This document shows positions 1 to 11,450 of a DNA stretch of 64,000 nt, piece after piece. Under the pieces are notes generated by a model that searched no databases, was not told the origin of the DNA, and saw only the letters and a list, made by a program, of their open reading frames with translations. The stretch lies in assembly GCA_000004695.1 (NCBI GenBank), contig CM000153.2, forward strand, positions 5,376,001 to 5,440,000, read 5' to 3'. A program made the position numbers and the translations under genes. Position 1 is the first letter of the stretch, and the number at the start of each line of letters is the position of its first letter. The DNA comes from Dictyostelium discoideum (taxonomy: Eukaryota).

Positions 1-443
1 TTGTAAACGAAAAAAAAAAAATAAAATAAAAAATGAAAATCCGCTTTCTTCTTCGAATTAGGGTGCTTTTGAATAAAAATAAAATGATAATAAGTATATC
101 AATAAGAAGTAAAAAATGCAATTGCATTATCCAATTCAAAATTAGATTGGGGGTGGCTTATATGAGAAATTGAGCAGTTCTATGGAAGGAAGACCTAATG
201 GTTTAAGATTAGCTTCAACCATATGTTCGAATCCAAACTTAAAAAAAAATAAGTGACAGTATCAAAAAAAAAAAAAACTGTACCCCAAGTTTTTCTATTT
301 TTGTAAAAAAAAAAAAACACTACTCCCACATTGTTGTTCTACTTTTTGATTTCCAAAAAAAAACATCACAAAATACCCACAGTTTTTTCTATTTTTTGAT
401 TTTCAAAAAAAAAAAAACAACACAAAACACCAAAATACCTTTT

Positions 444-479
<36 letters not shown>

Positions 480-600
480 TAAATAATAATAAAAGTTTTA
501 ATATATATATTTTTTTATTACAAACATTAAAAACATTATCTCACAAACACACACACACACATATATATATATATTTATATTTATATTTACAACTTAAGTA

Positions 601-1009
601 ATGAAAGGAAGAACTTCTTTTAAGTGCCCACATTTAGATCTTTCTGTTGAAGAAGCTGAGGAAAATAATTATAAATACATGTGGATATTAACAGATCCAG
701 ATGAATTTCCAATGTTTCAACCTAGTGTATGTACAGCCGACTGTAAAGAAAAAAATGGTAAAAATAATTGACATGATCCTTTTTAAACATTATAAATTCT
801 CAAGAGATTACTTTGAAGATTGTAAAATGGTTTTTGGTCGTGGTGTAAAGGGTATGTGGCTACATGAATATACCGATTTTATTAAAGATAATGAATTTAA
901 TGAAAGAACTGAATTATTAACAAATCTTCAGTATATAAATGGAAAAGTTGTTAGATTTTGTGATGTTCCAAAAGATAATGATGAAATTGGAAAAGAAAAA
1001 AACAAATAA
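601..1009 (+). CDS. Hypothetical small protein. Tentative 2-exon model join(601..742,807..1009), about 114 aa. The minimal alternative is the single ORF 701..1009.
   Basis: ATG at 601 opens frame 1 (MKGRTSFKCPHLDLSVEEAEENNYKYMWILTDPDEFPMFQPSV...) and overlaps the tracked ORF 701..1009 in frame 2. A GTAAAG donor at 743 and the AG at 805-806 give a 64-nt AT-rich intron that joins the two frames. The donor is non-canonical, so the structure is uncertain. I do not recognise the family. Confidence 0.35.
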
Positions 1010-3410
1010 AACCATCAACTATTTTTGTTTTTTAAATAAAAAAAATAAATAATTATAATAAATAATAAAAAAATCATTGAAATCTAATTTATTTTAAAAA
1101 TTTTTATTTTATTTTTTTTCATTTAATTTTTTTTTTTTTTTCAGTATAAATAAATTATATTTACATAATACCACTATTACACCATTACTACTACTACTAC
1201 AACTACCAACTCATACTGGCAATATATTAATATTCAATTAATTAATTACTTTTTTAGTTTTAAATTTTGGAAAAAACAAATAAATTATTTAAATTTTTTT
1301 TTTTTTTTTCAAATTTAAATAAAACAACCAAACTTCAATCTTGATTAATTTTAATTATAAAAAAATAGTAAATTATAATTATAAAAAAGTAATAAATTTA
1401 TGAGAAAATTTTAAGTTTTTAAAAAAAAAAAAAAAAAAAAAAAAGAGTTTGTATTAAAATGAAAAGAACTCACTTTACTGTTAGATAATATTTTTTTTTT
1501 TTTTAAATATATTCTTTCTATTTTTTACAATTTAATAAAAGATTTATAATAAAAATAAAAAGCAGAAATAATTATTTTATATTAAATTTTATTTTATTTT
1601 TACCTATTAAATGTTCGGAATAGGTAAACCTTTAATTTTAATTTTAATTTTATTTTTTTTCTTTCCTTTCTTTCTTTTAATTTTATTGACTATAACTATC
1701 CCACCATCTAATCCACCAACGTAATTGTGGACTTCTGTTTGATATCAATATATCAAAACCTTCTGAAATTGTATTATCAAATTGAAATTTATTATTATTA
1801 TTATTATAATAATTACTATTTAAATTTATCATCGATGGACTATTACTATTAGATTTTTTAAAATTAATTGAAGTTATTGATTCTAATATTAGAATTTTAA
1901 AATTTTAAAAGATTAATATATTTTGAATTTAAAATAATAAGTTTATATTTAACTTTTTGTATTTTTTTTCTTTTTTCTTTTTTCCTTTTTTTATTTAGGA
2001 GAAATTCAAATTTAAAATTATTTAACTTACTTATTAATGTCATTTTATTTTACTTGGATATTTTAAACTAACTGCTTTATTCAGTTTTTATGTTTTTGTT
2101 TTTTTTTTTTTTTTTTTTTTTTATATACTGATTTTTAAAATAAAATTCTAGAATAATAAATTTAAAATTTTCATTAAAATAAAATTTTGTTAATTATTTT
2201 ATCGGAATTTCAAATTGACAAAAAGAATTTTTTAAAAATACAAACCAAAAATAGATTTTATTGGTTATTATTAAAAAAAAAAAAAAAAAATAATTATCTT
2301 ATTGCTTTCTAAACCCTTAGTGTGGTGCAAAAAAAAAAATTTAAATATATTGGATTTTTTGGTTTAATTTAAAATCTAAATGTGTTTAAATTTAAATTTA
2401 AAATTTTATTTATCTTGATTTTAAAAAAAAAAAAAATATCAAGATTAAAAAAAAAAAAATAAAAATAAAAAAAGAAAGAACGAAAAAAAAAAAGATTTTA
2501 AACTTCAATTATTTATTTTAATTATTTTATTAATAAAAATTATTCTTTTTATTTTTTAATTATTTTTTTTTTTTTTTTTTTTTTAAAATACTCCTAAAAA
2601 TAGACTAATGTAAAATAATTTTAATTTTATTTTTTTTTCAAATAAAAAATTTAATGTTAAAAATAAATGCTGAAAATTTTATAATTTTATTAATTGGTAT
2701 TAACACCACTACCATTATCATAAAAACCAATATTTTTTTAATTTTTACAAAAAAAAAAAATTAAAAAAATATCCCACAGAATCATATTCTGAATATTAAA
2801 ATTCCCAAATATATATAAAAAAAATAAGATTCTCACAATATTTTCAATGATATAATTTCAATCTAATATCTAGTTTTTGAAATATCTATTATTTGAAAAA
2901 TATTTATATAAAATTAAATATTATATATTTAATTTAATTAAATAAAATAAAATACATTTTAAAACAACCTACCCCTTTTTTTTTTTTTTTTTTAAACTAA
3001 AAATTTTAATTAAAAATTAAAGAGTGGTGATTTTTTTTTTTTTTTTTTTGGTATGTGAATATTATTAATTATCACCATTTAATTTATAATACTGGTGAGT
3101 TGAAATATCTAAACACCCCAATAGTTTACTATTCCCCCCCTTTAATTTTCTCTTTATAATTTAGTAAAAAGTGAAATTGAAAAAAAAAGAAAATTATATA
3201 TATCTAATTTTATGGTATGAATATCCTATATAAGATGATTAAAAAAAAAAAAAATTGATTATTTAATTATTTTGAATTTTTAATAATTTTTATTATTTAA
3301 TTACTATTTAAAAAATCTTATTTCCTTTTGTTATAATTTTTTTATAAATGTATTTTTCAAATATATTTAACCATTGATGATCATTTTTTAATTTAACAAT
3401 TTCAAATTTA

Positions 3411-3450
<40 letters not shown>

Positions 3451-3641
3451 TTACCAAAACATTGAGATAAGAAATAATAATAATAATAGGAGGTTATATT
3501 TATTAACCAATTTCACTTTAATTGTATCTTGCTTTTTTCCTAATTAAAAAAATAAAAAATAAAAAAATTTTTTAAAAAAAAAAAAAAAAAAAAAAAATTT
3601 TATTTATAAATATAATCAATAAGGAGGGAATTAATTAAAGA

Positions 3642-3675
<34 letters not shown>

Positions 3676-3966
3676 ATAATATATAATTAAAAGAACAAAG
3701 ATTATCTAAAATAAAATTGATAATTAAATATTATTAAAAATATAAATACTCTTTAATTTAAAAAGTTTATTATTTTCATTTCCCAACATTTTAATTAAAA
3801 ATGAATTTAATTTCTTTTTTTTTTTTTTTTTTTTTTACCTCTTTAATTTGATTTATAAAGGAGAATTACCTACTTTTACTTTTTATTATTTTTTTTTTGT
3901 TTTTTTTTTTTATTTTTTTTTTTTATTTTTATTTTTTATTTTTTTTTTTTATATTATTTAATTAAA

Positions 3967-5914
3967 TTAAAAAGCTTCATCTTCATCAATATCTTCATCA
4001 TCTTCATCATCTTGATCAATTTCTTCTTGTTCATCATCGTCATCTTCATCATCATCATCTTGCACTTGTTTAGATGAAGTTGAAACAATACCAAATTTCT
4101 TTTTAAGTTTTTTATTTTGTTTTTTCAATTGTTTATTACTTTGTGGATTGAATTGATCATTTTCATCTTTAAGATTTTGAGATTTTGATTTAATTTGAGC
4201 AACTTGTTTAGCTGTTGCTTTAACCACTTGTTTTTGTTGTTGATATTTAAGTAATGCTTCAGAATCTGAATCTTCTTCCATTTCATCTTCATCTTCTTCA
4301 TCTTCTTCATCTTCTTCATCTTCTTCATCTTCCATTTCTTCCTCTTCTTCTTCATCATCATCTTCATCTTCATCTTCCATTTCTTCTTCATCTTCTTCAT
4401 CATCATCATCAAATAATGAATTATCTAATTCTTGTTGTTTTGGTTCTAAATATTTTAAAGAAGCAAATGAAGTATTTTGATTTGAAACAGTTGAAATTAA
4501 ATCAGATTGATCAATATTTAATTCATCAGAGAATTGTGAAAGTAAAGTTGATTTAACTAAAACTTTTGGTGGTTGAGTATAGAAAGGAATTTTACCACCA
4601 GTCCAATCACGAATGACACTAATGGCGGTAGAACGTAAATCAGCGATACCACCTTTAACGATTTTCTTACGTTTAGCAGCAACTTGAGTTAAGAAATCAG
4701 TGGTTGATTGATATTGAGCGATTTCATAGATATCTAAAATTTGTTTTTGAGAACAACGTGAAAGGATAGCATCAACTGGTGCGATTGGATCTAAAACTTT
4801 CTCCAATTTGACAACATTACGAAGAATGATATTCTCATCGACATTTCCTTTAATTGGTACGATACCTGGTGAATCCAATAGCTTGACATTCTTATCCAAA
4901 TGAACCTCTTGAGCAAACTTTGTGAAACCAGGAGTTGCACCAACACCAACGGAACGAGTACGTTTCAAAGAGTTGATTAAAGATGATTTACCAACATTTG
5001 GATAACCAATGATACCAACGGTTACCGAAGTTTTAATATTAAGTGAACGACTATAGTTTTTTAATAGTTGAAGTAATTGTTCGGCACCTAAACTCTCAGT
5101 ACTATTCAACATATCATTTGAGGCCAACTCTGGTTGAATACCACCTTGTTGACCAAGATTACGCTTTTGTTGTTGTGTTGAACATTTGAATGCCAAAGTT
5201 GGGTAGAAATTACGTAAATATTTCAACCACATCAATACATTTTCACGTGGTACCAAATCAATCTTATTCAAAATCAATACAATCTTTTTATTTGTATAAC
5301 GTTCTAATATCATTTTCTCAATCTCTAAACAACGACAACCCATTGGATCACGAGCATCCAATACTTGGAGAATGACATCACCAGCCTCGATCACCTTTTT
5401 AACCTCTCTATAAAATTGTTTCAATGATGAATCTTTACCTTCCTTTTCAAATTTACCTTGTTGTTTTTGTTGTTGTTTCAATTGTTGACGTTCTTGAAAT
5501 TCAGATTCACGACGTTTTGCATCGGCTGCCATCGATGCAATATCTCTTCTTGCTTCTGCCATTTGTTCCAATCTTCTCTTTTCTTTTTTATTCTTTTTCT
5601 CTTCTGATGCTTTTTGTTTTTGTTGTTCAATCTTATTTAACATATCCTCTTTAAATGGCCATAAATTTGGAATACCTGGATCTTTTCTACTTTTATTTAA
5701 TTCTGGGTGTTGTTTTGCAAATCTTTTAACTTTACGATGATGTTCTGCTACTTTTTTTAAAACTTTATGTTTATGATGTAAACTTTGACGTTTACTTGCA
5801 GTTTCTTTTTAATTATTATTAAAAAATAAAAAAAAATAAAAAAATTATTAATAAAAATAAATAAAATAAAAAATTTTATATAATAATTTTTTATTAATAT
5901 TTACGTTTTCCCAT
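3967..5914 (-). CDS. Nucleostemin/GNL3-like nucleolar GTPase. complement(join(3967..5804,5905..5914)), about 615 aa.
   Basis: The tracked ORF has the circularly permuted GTPase motif order: G4 [10 protein letters not shown] precedes G1 [14 protein letters not shown] and DSPGIV. It has a basic N-terminus and a long acidic D/E tail. The frame stays open upstream of the tracked Met as [55 protein letters not shown], which matches the GNL3 N-terminal domain. A 10-nt first exon ATGGGAAAAC (5905..5914) with a GTAAAT donor, and an AAAAAG acceptor at 5805, complete it as MGKQTASKR... The intron is 100 nt. Confidence 0.85.
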
Positions 5915-6046
5915 TTTTTTTTTAAGTTTATAATTTATATATATAAAAATATTATATATATAAAAAGAAATATTTGATTTGTAAAAAATAAATTAGAAAA
6001 AAAAAAAAAAAAAAAAAAACCGATTATAAAAAAAAAAAAATTTGTC

Positions 6047-6078
<32 letters not shown>

Positions 6079-6188
6079 CTTCCAAATTTTATTTTTATTT
6101 TATTTTTATTTTTTATTTTTTTTTTTTTTGACTCGTTTTTTATACAATTTTTTATTTTTAGTTTTTTTTTTTTTTAATTTTTTAAATT

Positions 6189-7827
6189 TTAATTTTCTAA
6201 ATTATCAGATGGAATATTAATTAAATTTATTAATTTTAAACCAATACACCTAATTTTTTCAAATGATATATTTTCAGTTGTATTTATAAATAATTTCCAA
6301 ATTTTTTCAGAATGTTCATTAAAATTATTTGGATAAATAAAAGTTTTCTTTAATTTACATGGTGATTGTTTTGATGAAGATGATGATGATGAAGAAGATG
6401 ACGAAATTGATGGCGAAGATGGTGGTGAATCTAAATAATAACTATCAATTTCTTCTTCTTTTGTAATACATTCTTTTTCCTCTGTTGATATATCATCATC
6501 ATTATTATTATTTGTTGATGTTGTAATTATTGGTATAGTTGATATTGAATTTATTTGTAATGATGATGATGATGATGATGATGTTGTTGTTGTTGAAATT
6601 AATTGATAAGAATAATTTATAACTTTAAAACTAAAATCTTGAACTTTTACAATTAAAGTTGTTGCATATTTATTTTCAATATTTAACATTTCAATTGCTT
6701 TATCAAATAATGATTTCATTAAATCTTCTAAATCTTTTTCATCATATAATTCTTTACAATTTTTTTCTTTACTAATCATAGTTTTCTTTTTATTTATTCT
6801 AAATGATGATTTATTTGGAAAAATGGGTATTGCTAATGCATGTTTAAATAGTAACTCTCTTTGTTCAGGTAAAAGATAATAAAGTTCATATCTATGTTCA
6901 ATAATATCCGATACAAATTCTAGACCCAATGTTTTCAATAACTCTTGTCTAACTTTACCAATACCAGGTAATTTTTTAATTTGAATTGTTTTTATAAATT
7001 CTTGACTATATTGTTTATCTAAATAGAAATATCCATTTGGTTTATTAATTTCACTTGATATCTTTGATAATAATGGTGAACAAGATATACCCATACTACA
7101 TGTTAATGTTGTCTTTTCAAATATATCATTTTGTAATTGATTTGCAACATCAATACCTGTTAAATTTTCATTATCTTTTAAATATTCTGTTATATCAATA
7201 CATCCTTCATCTAATGATGGTGACTTTTTTAAAGAAAAAAAAAAAAAAAAAATAAAAATATTAATATTATTATTTTAAAATTTTAAAAAAATATATATAT
7301 ATACATACAACATAATTTTTATCAAATTTATATAAAATATTTCTAATTATTAAACTAACTTCTCTATATCTATCCATACGTGATGGTAAAATGATTAAAT
7401 GAGGACATAATTTCATTGCTAATAGGCCTGGTAAACCTGAACGTACACCATAGGCTCTTGCTGCATAATTTGAAGTTACTAACATATCAATTGAACCAAC
7501 TGCAACAGGATGACCAATTAATTCTTTATTATCCATTTCTTCAACATTTGCATAGAATGCATCCATATCTATATGAATGAATGTACGTGATTGATCGATT
7601 TTTGAGGTTAATTCTGTTAGATAACTATCAACTTTCTCTTGATATTCTTCAGTATCTGGTATTTCATTCAATTTACTTAAAATTCCTTCTATATATTCTC
7701 TTGTTCTTTTTGAATCCCTTTCTAATTTCTCTTGAAAATGTGTGCCAACTGAAAATTGTTTTAACATTGAATTTATTGATTCAATATCAACTTTTTCCAT
7801 ACCTGCTTTAAATTCTAATGAATTCAT
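6189..7827 (-). CDS. polK: DNA polymerase kappa, a Y-family DinB/ImpB-type polymerase. complement(join(6189..7223,7308..7827)).
   Basis: Exon 1 carries KAGMEKVDIESIN, FIHIDMDAFYANVE and AVGS..MLVTSNYAARAYGVRSGLPG, the Pol kappa/DinB catalytic core. A GTATGT donor follows ...KNYV, and the acceptor is AAAAAG|TCACCATCATTAGATGAAGG, giving SPSLDEGCIDITEYL (the conserved MSLDEAYLNIT region). The same frame continues through TLTCSMGISCSPLLSKISSEINKPNGYF and ends near the little-finger motif IRCIGLKL. No C-terminal zinc-finger extension is present. Confidence 0.85.
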
Positions 7828-8001
7828 TTTATTTTTTTTATTTTTTTTTTATTTTTTTTTTTTTTTAATTATACAAATCTTATTATTAATTCTTTTTTAT
7901 TTTTTACATATATTATAAATGATAAAAAAATAAAAAATTAAAAAAATTTAAAAAATTAAAAAAAAAAAACAAAAAGAAAATAGAAAAATAAACTAAAAAT
8001 T

Positions 8002-8036
<35 letters not shown>

Positions 8037-8364
8037 ATAATTTGTTTTTTTTTAGGAAATTGATAATTTCAAAATAATTTTTTGAAAAATATCTTTTTTT
8101 TTTTTTTAATTTTTCTGATCATTTTGGATATGCTTGTACTTAAGTAATAGACTATTTTTTTTTTTTTTTTAATTTAAAATTCTATTAATAAAACTTATCC
8201 TTAAAAGTTTGTTTTAACAAAATAAAAAAAAAATAAAAAAAATAAATATAGAAAAAATATTAAAAAATAATAAAAAAATAATAAAAAAATAAAAAAAATA
8301 AAAGTTACATAAAGAAACAAAATATTTGATTTTATTTTATTATTATATATTTTTTTTTTTTTAA

Positions 8365-8550
8365 AAAATTATAATGGTGGACGTTAGATAGAGTCAGACA
8401 GTCATAACAAAGGTGCTACCCTTTGTATGACACTTATAAACATGTTTGGATGTTCTTAAAGTTTTTTGATCATCATTAAGTTGTAATTTTATGTATTGAA
8501 TGATTCCGTAGAAAACATTCTATAGATAAGAATTACCTACTAATTGTCGA
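8365..8550 (-). ncRNA. U3 (D2-like) box C/D snoRNA candidate, copy 1, about 185 nt.
   Basis: The minus-strand transcript would begin about 60 nt downstream of a DUSE motif. It contains a box-A-like UAGGUAAUUCUUAUCUAUAGAAUG (compare the yeast U3 UAGGAUCAUUUCUAUAGGAAUCG), a box C AAUGAUGAUCA, and a 3' box D GUCUGA. It ends in a T-run. A perfect 11-bp hairpin (GUCAUACAAAGG...CCUUUGUAUGAC) lies near the 3' end. A second copy sits 1.45 kb away, consistent with U3/D2 being a dispersed multigene family in Dictyostelium. Identified by memory of conserved boxes, not by a search. Confidence 0.5.
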
Positions 8551-8604
8551 ATTGGATACATTCACACTTTTTTTCAAAATACTGATCCCCTATAGAGTTT
8601 ATAT

Positions 8605-8612
8605 TTGTGGGA
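8605..8612 (-). promoter_or_regulatory. DUSE (Dictyostelium upstream sequence element) TCCCACAA, about 60 nt upstream of U3-like copy 1.
   Basis: Plus-strand ttgtggga is the reverse complement of TCCCACAA, matching the [AT]CCCA[CT]AA consensus reported upstream of Dictyostelium ncRNA genes. The similarity between the two repeat copies ends exactly at this motif. Confidence 0.45.
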
Positions 8613-9283
8613 TATAATAAAAAAAGTTGCTAAAAAAAATGGGAAAAAAAAAAAATTTAAAAAAAATGATTTATTTGAAAATTTTCTATATTTAGAATCA
8701 TAGGTTTGATGTAATAATAAACCCCCATGGGTATGCAAACATTACAATAAATTAAATAAAGAAAAAAAAAAAATATAAAAAAAAAAAGTTACTTTATTTC
8801 TATTTAAAAACACAAAATTTTTAATTGTCACCCATGCCAAATCCAATAATTAAAAAAAAAAAAAAAATAATTAAAAAAAAAATAAATCTTTTTAATTTTT
8901 TATTTTAGTTGTAACAAAATAAATAAATAAATAAATAAATAAATATATAAATATATAAATGACAAAAAAAAAAACATACATTTTATAAATTTCTTAACAT
9001 ACATTAATACTTTTAATTTCAAAAAAAAAAAAATAAAAAAAAAATACCAAATCGGGCAATCACACCCAGATTTTCCACTTACCCAACATCAGTAAGTATT
9101 ACAATATATAAACTAATTGTACCATAGGTTTTATTACTGACCAAATTATAATTTCAGAGTTAATTTTTTAAATTGTCATCAAATAGATCATTTAGCATTT
9201 TTTTACAATGACAATTTTGGAATTGTTGAAGGTGATGTATTATCAAACAAAAGAACAAAATTTCATCAATGGATTACTTGTCA

Positions 9284-9421
9284 CCAACCAATCCAACTCC
9301 TTCTTCCATATACAGAGGAACCACAACAACTACAACACCCACCACAACCACCACAACCATTCCAAAAACCAGCTATTAAAATAGGTGCTAAAAAGCCAGC
9401 TGCCAATTGAACATATACACT
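9284..9421 (-). other. Candidate terminal exon encoding a hydrophobic, Gly/Cys-rich peptide with no ATG (...FLAPILIAGFWNGCGGCGGCCSCCGSSVYGRRSWIGW*).
   Basis: A stop-to-stop minus-strand frame in an island between the two U3-like copies that is less AT-rich than its surroundings. It has a TM-like segment followed by a G/C-rich tail, reminiscent of Dictyostelium hssA/2C/7E-type or CYSTM-like small proteins. A TTTGAAG acceptor lies at its 5' side, and no upstream ATG exon was found. Confidence 0.2.
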
Positions 9422-9805
9422 TCAAATACATACATATATATACAAACACCAAAATATAAAAATACCAATGATAATTACAAGTTTAAGTATTTGCAATTTA
9501 TTGGTTTTAAATAAAAATAAAGATATTCAATGTTTGTAAAAATTCAAACCCTTCGTGTTTCAAAAACTTTTTTTCTTTTGTTTGATGAATTGCATCATAT
9601 TATATTGTTTAAACATCCAATTAAAAATATTTTACTTAAAAATACAATGTTCACATTGTGTTGAATTTAATAATAAATACGAAATAATGATCGATAATGA
9701 AGTTGTATTAAATACAAATCAAATATCTATTGATAAAAAAAAATGAAAATAAGAAAATAAAAAAAATAAAGAAACAATATGTTTATTTTAATTTTTTTTT
9801 TTTTT

Positions 9806-9989
9806 AAAAATTATAATGGTGGACTTTAGATAGTCAGACAGTCATAACAAAGGTGCTACCCTTTGTATGACACTTATAAACATGTTTGGATGTTCTTAAA
9901 GTTTTTGGTCATCATTAAGTTGTAATTTTATGTATTGAATGATTCCGTAGAAAACATTCTATAGATAAGAATTACCTACTAATTGTCGA
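9806..9989 (-). ncRNA. U3 (D2-like) snoRNA candidate, copy 2, a variant that may be a pseudogene.
   Basis: About 95% identical to copy 1 over roughly 250 bp (9806..10055 versus 8361..8620), including the DUSE. Box C is altered (UGAUGACCA instead of UGAUGAUCA), there is a 3-nt deletion near the 3' hairpin, and the -10..-40 promoter region has diverged. Confidence 0.4.
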
Positions 9990-10041
9990 ATTGTATAATT
10001 ATACACTTTTTTTCAAAATACTAATTCCCTATAGTTTATAT

Positions 10042-10049
10042 TTGTGGGA
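10042..10049 (-). promoter_or_regulatory. DUSE TCCCACAA upstream of U3-like copy 2.
   Basis: Plus ttgtggga; same position relative to the repeat as in copy 1. Confidence 0.4.
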
Positions 10050-10289
10050 CTTGTATAAAAATTAAAAAAAAAAATAAATAAAAAAAAAAAAAAAAAACGA
10101 AAAAAAAAAAACGAATGAAATCATCATGTAAATTACCGATTTCATGTAAGAAAAAAAAAAAAAAATTGATTATTAAATAATGTTTAGATTTCCACTTTTT
10201 TATTTTAAGTTATCGTATATATATTTGTTAATTAATTAATTAATTAATAATTGAAAATGTGTTAGAAATTTTAATTCTATTCAAAATTT

Positions 10290-10329
<40 letters not shown>

Positions 10330-10698
10330 TTTTTTTAAAATATCATGATCACATTTAAAATTTTTGTGGTTATCAAAATATCCAAAAAAATCATGTGTTT
10401 GTGTTTTGCTAAGAAAAAAAAAATTTAAAAAAAAAAATAAAAAAAATCCGGTGTTTTCGGTGGTAAAAAAAAAAAAAAAAACTTGGGGAATAAAATTAAT
10501 TAGAATTAATTTAAATTTAAATTAATTCGAATTTTTTTTTTTTTTTTAAAAGGGCTTTGAGAAGCCAATGTTAGTGTTATTTTTATAATTGTTTTTTTTT
10601 TCCCCCCCAATAGAGTTTTTTTAAAAGGGTAAGATTTTTTTTTTTCCCTTTTGTCTCCCATAGATTTTTTTTTTTTATTTTTTTTTTTTAATTTTTTC

Positions 10699-10739
<41 letters not shown>

Positions 10740-10914
10740 AATAAAACTCGTTAAAAATAAAGTTTTATTTTTAAAAATAAAAAAGAAATAGAAAAAGATA
10801 AAAAAAAAAAAAAAAATCGAAAAGTAAGATCACCAAAACAATCAAAACAACTACACCTTTTTTTTTTTTTTCTTTTTTTTTTTATTTTTTTTATTTTTTT
10901 GTTACAACAAATTT

Positions 10915-10960
10915 TTGTGAGAGTGTGCGTGTGTGTGTGTGTGTTTTTTTGTGGGTATAA
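10915..10960. promoter_or_regulatory. G/T-rich G-box/CAE-like element.
   Basis: tgtgagagtgtgcgtgtgtgtgtgtgtgttttttgtgggtat, about 1.15 kb upstream of the 12100 gene. It resembles the GBF-binding G-box / CA-rich elements of developmentally regulated Dictyostelium promoters. Confidence 0.25.
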
Positions 10961-11344
10961 TAGTTTACTTTTTGATAATAAAACAATTGTTTTGTTTTTA
11001 ATCTAATTTTTTTTTTTTTTTTTTTTTTGTTAATTGATTGATCAATAATTATTGTGTTTTTTTATTATTTTATTTTATTTTATTTTTTTATAAAAATATT
11101 TTATTTTATTTTTAAAATAACTTTTACTTTCACAAATATCAATCATTTTCCAAAATTTTTCATACAAACCAAAAACAATAACAAATAATAGATATAAAAA
11201 ATAAATTAAAAATTTATAATGTATGTGTTTAATAAAAAATTTATTATATCATTTTTTCTTTTTTTTTTATAATTATAATTTCATTATTATCATCATATTA
11301 ATGTTAACAACGATTCAATGACAATAACAACCACACACCAACAC

Positions 11345-11354
11345 TATAATAATT

Positions 11355-11445
<91 letters not shown>

Positions 11446-11450
11446 TAATA
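11345..11450. repeat. (AAT)n microsatellite, intergenic.
   Basis: More than 30 uninterrupted AAT units. The tracked poly-N and poly-L ORFs here are artefacts. Confidence 0.9.

Noticed and set aside
4125-4556. Tracked ORFs 4125..4412(-) and 4254..4556(+) (poly-K/M and poly-H/L)
   Set aside because: They are alternative-frame or antisense readings of the GAA/GAT acidic repeat inside the GNL3-like CDS, and are low-complexity artefacts.
9555-9746. Tracked 63-aa plus ORF between the U3-like copies
   Set aside because: It has an alternative (GTG) start, hydrophobic junk composition and no splice context.
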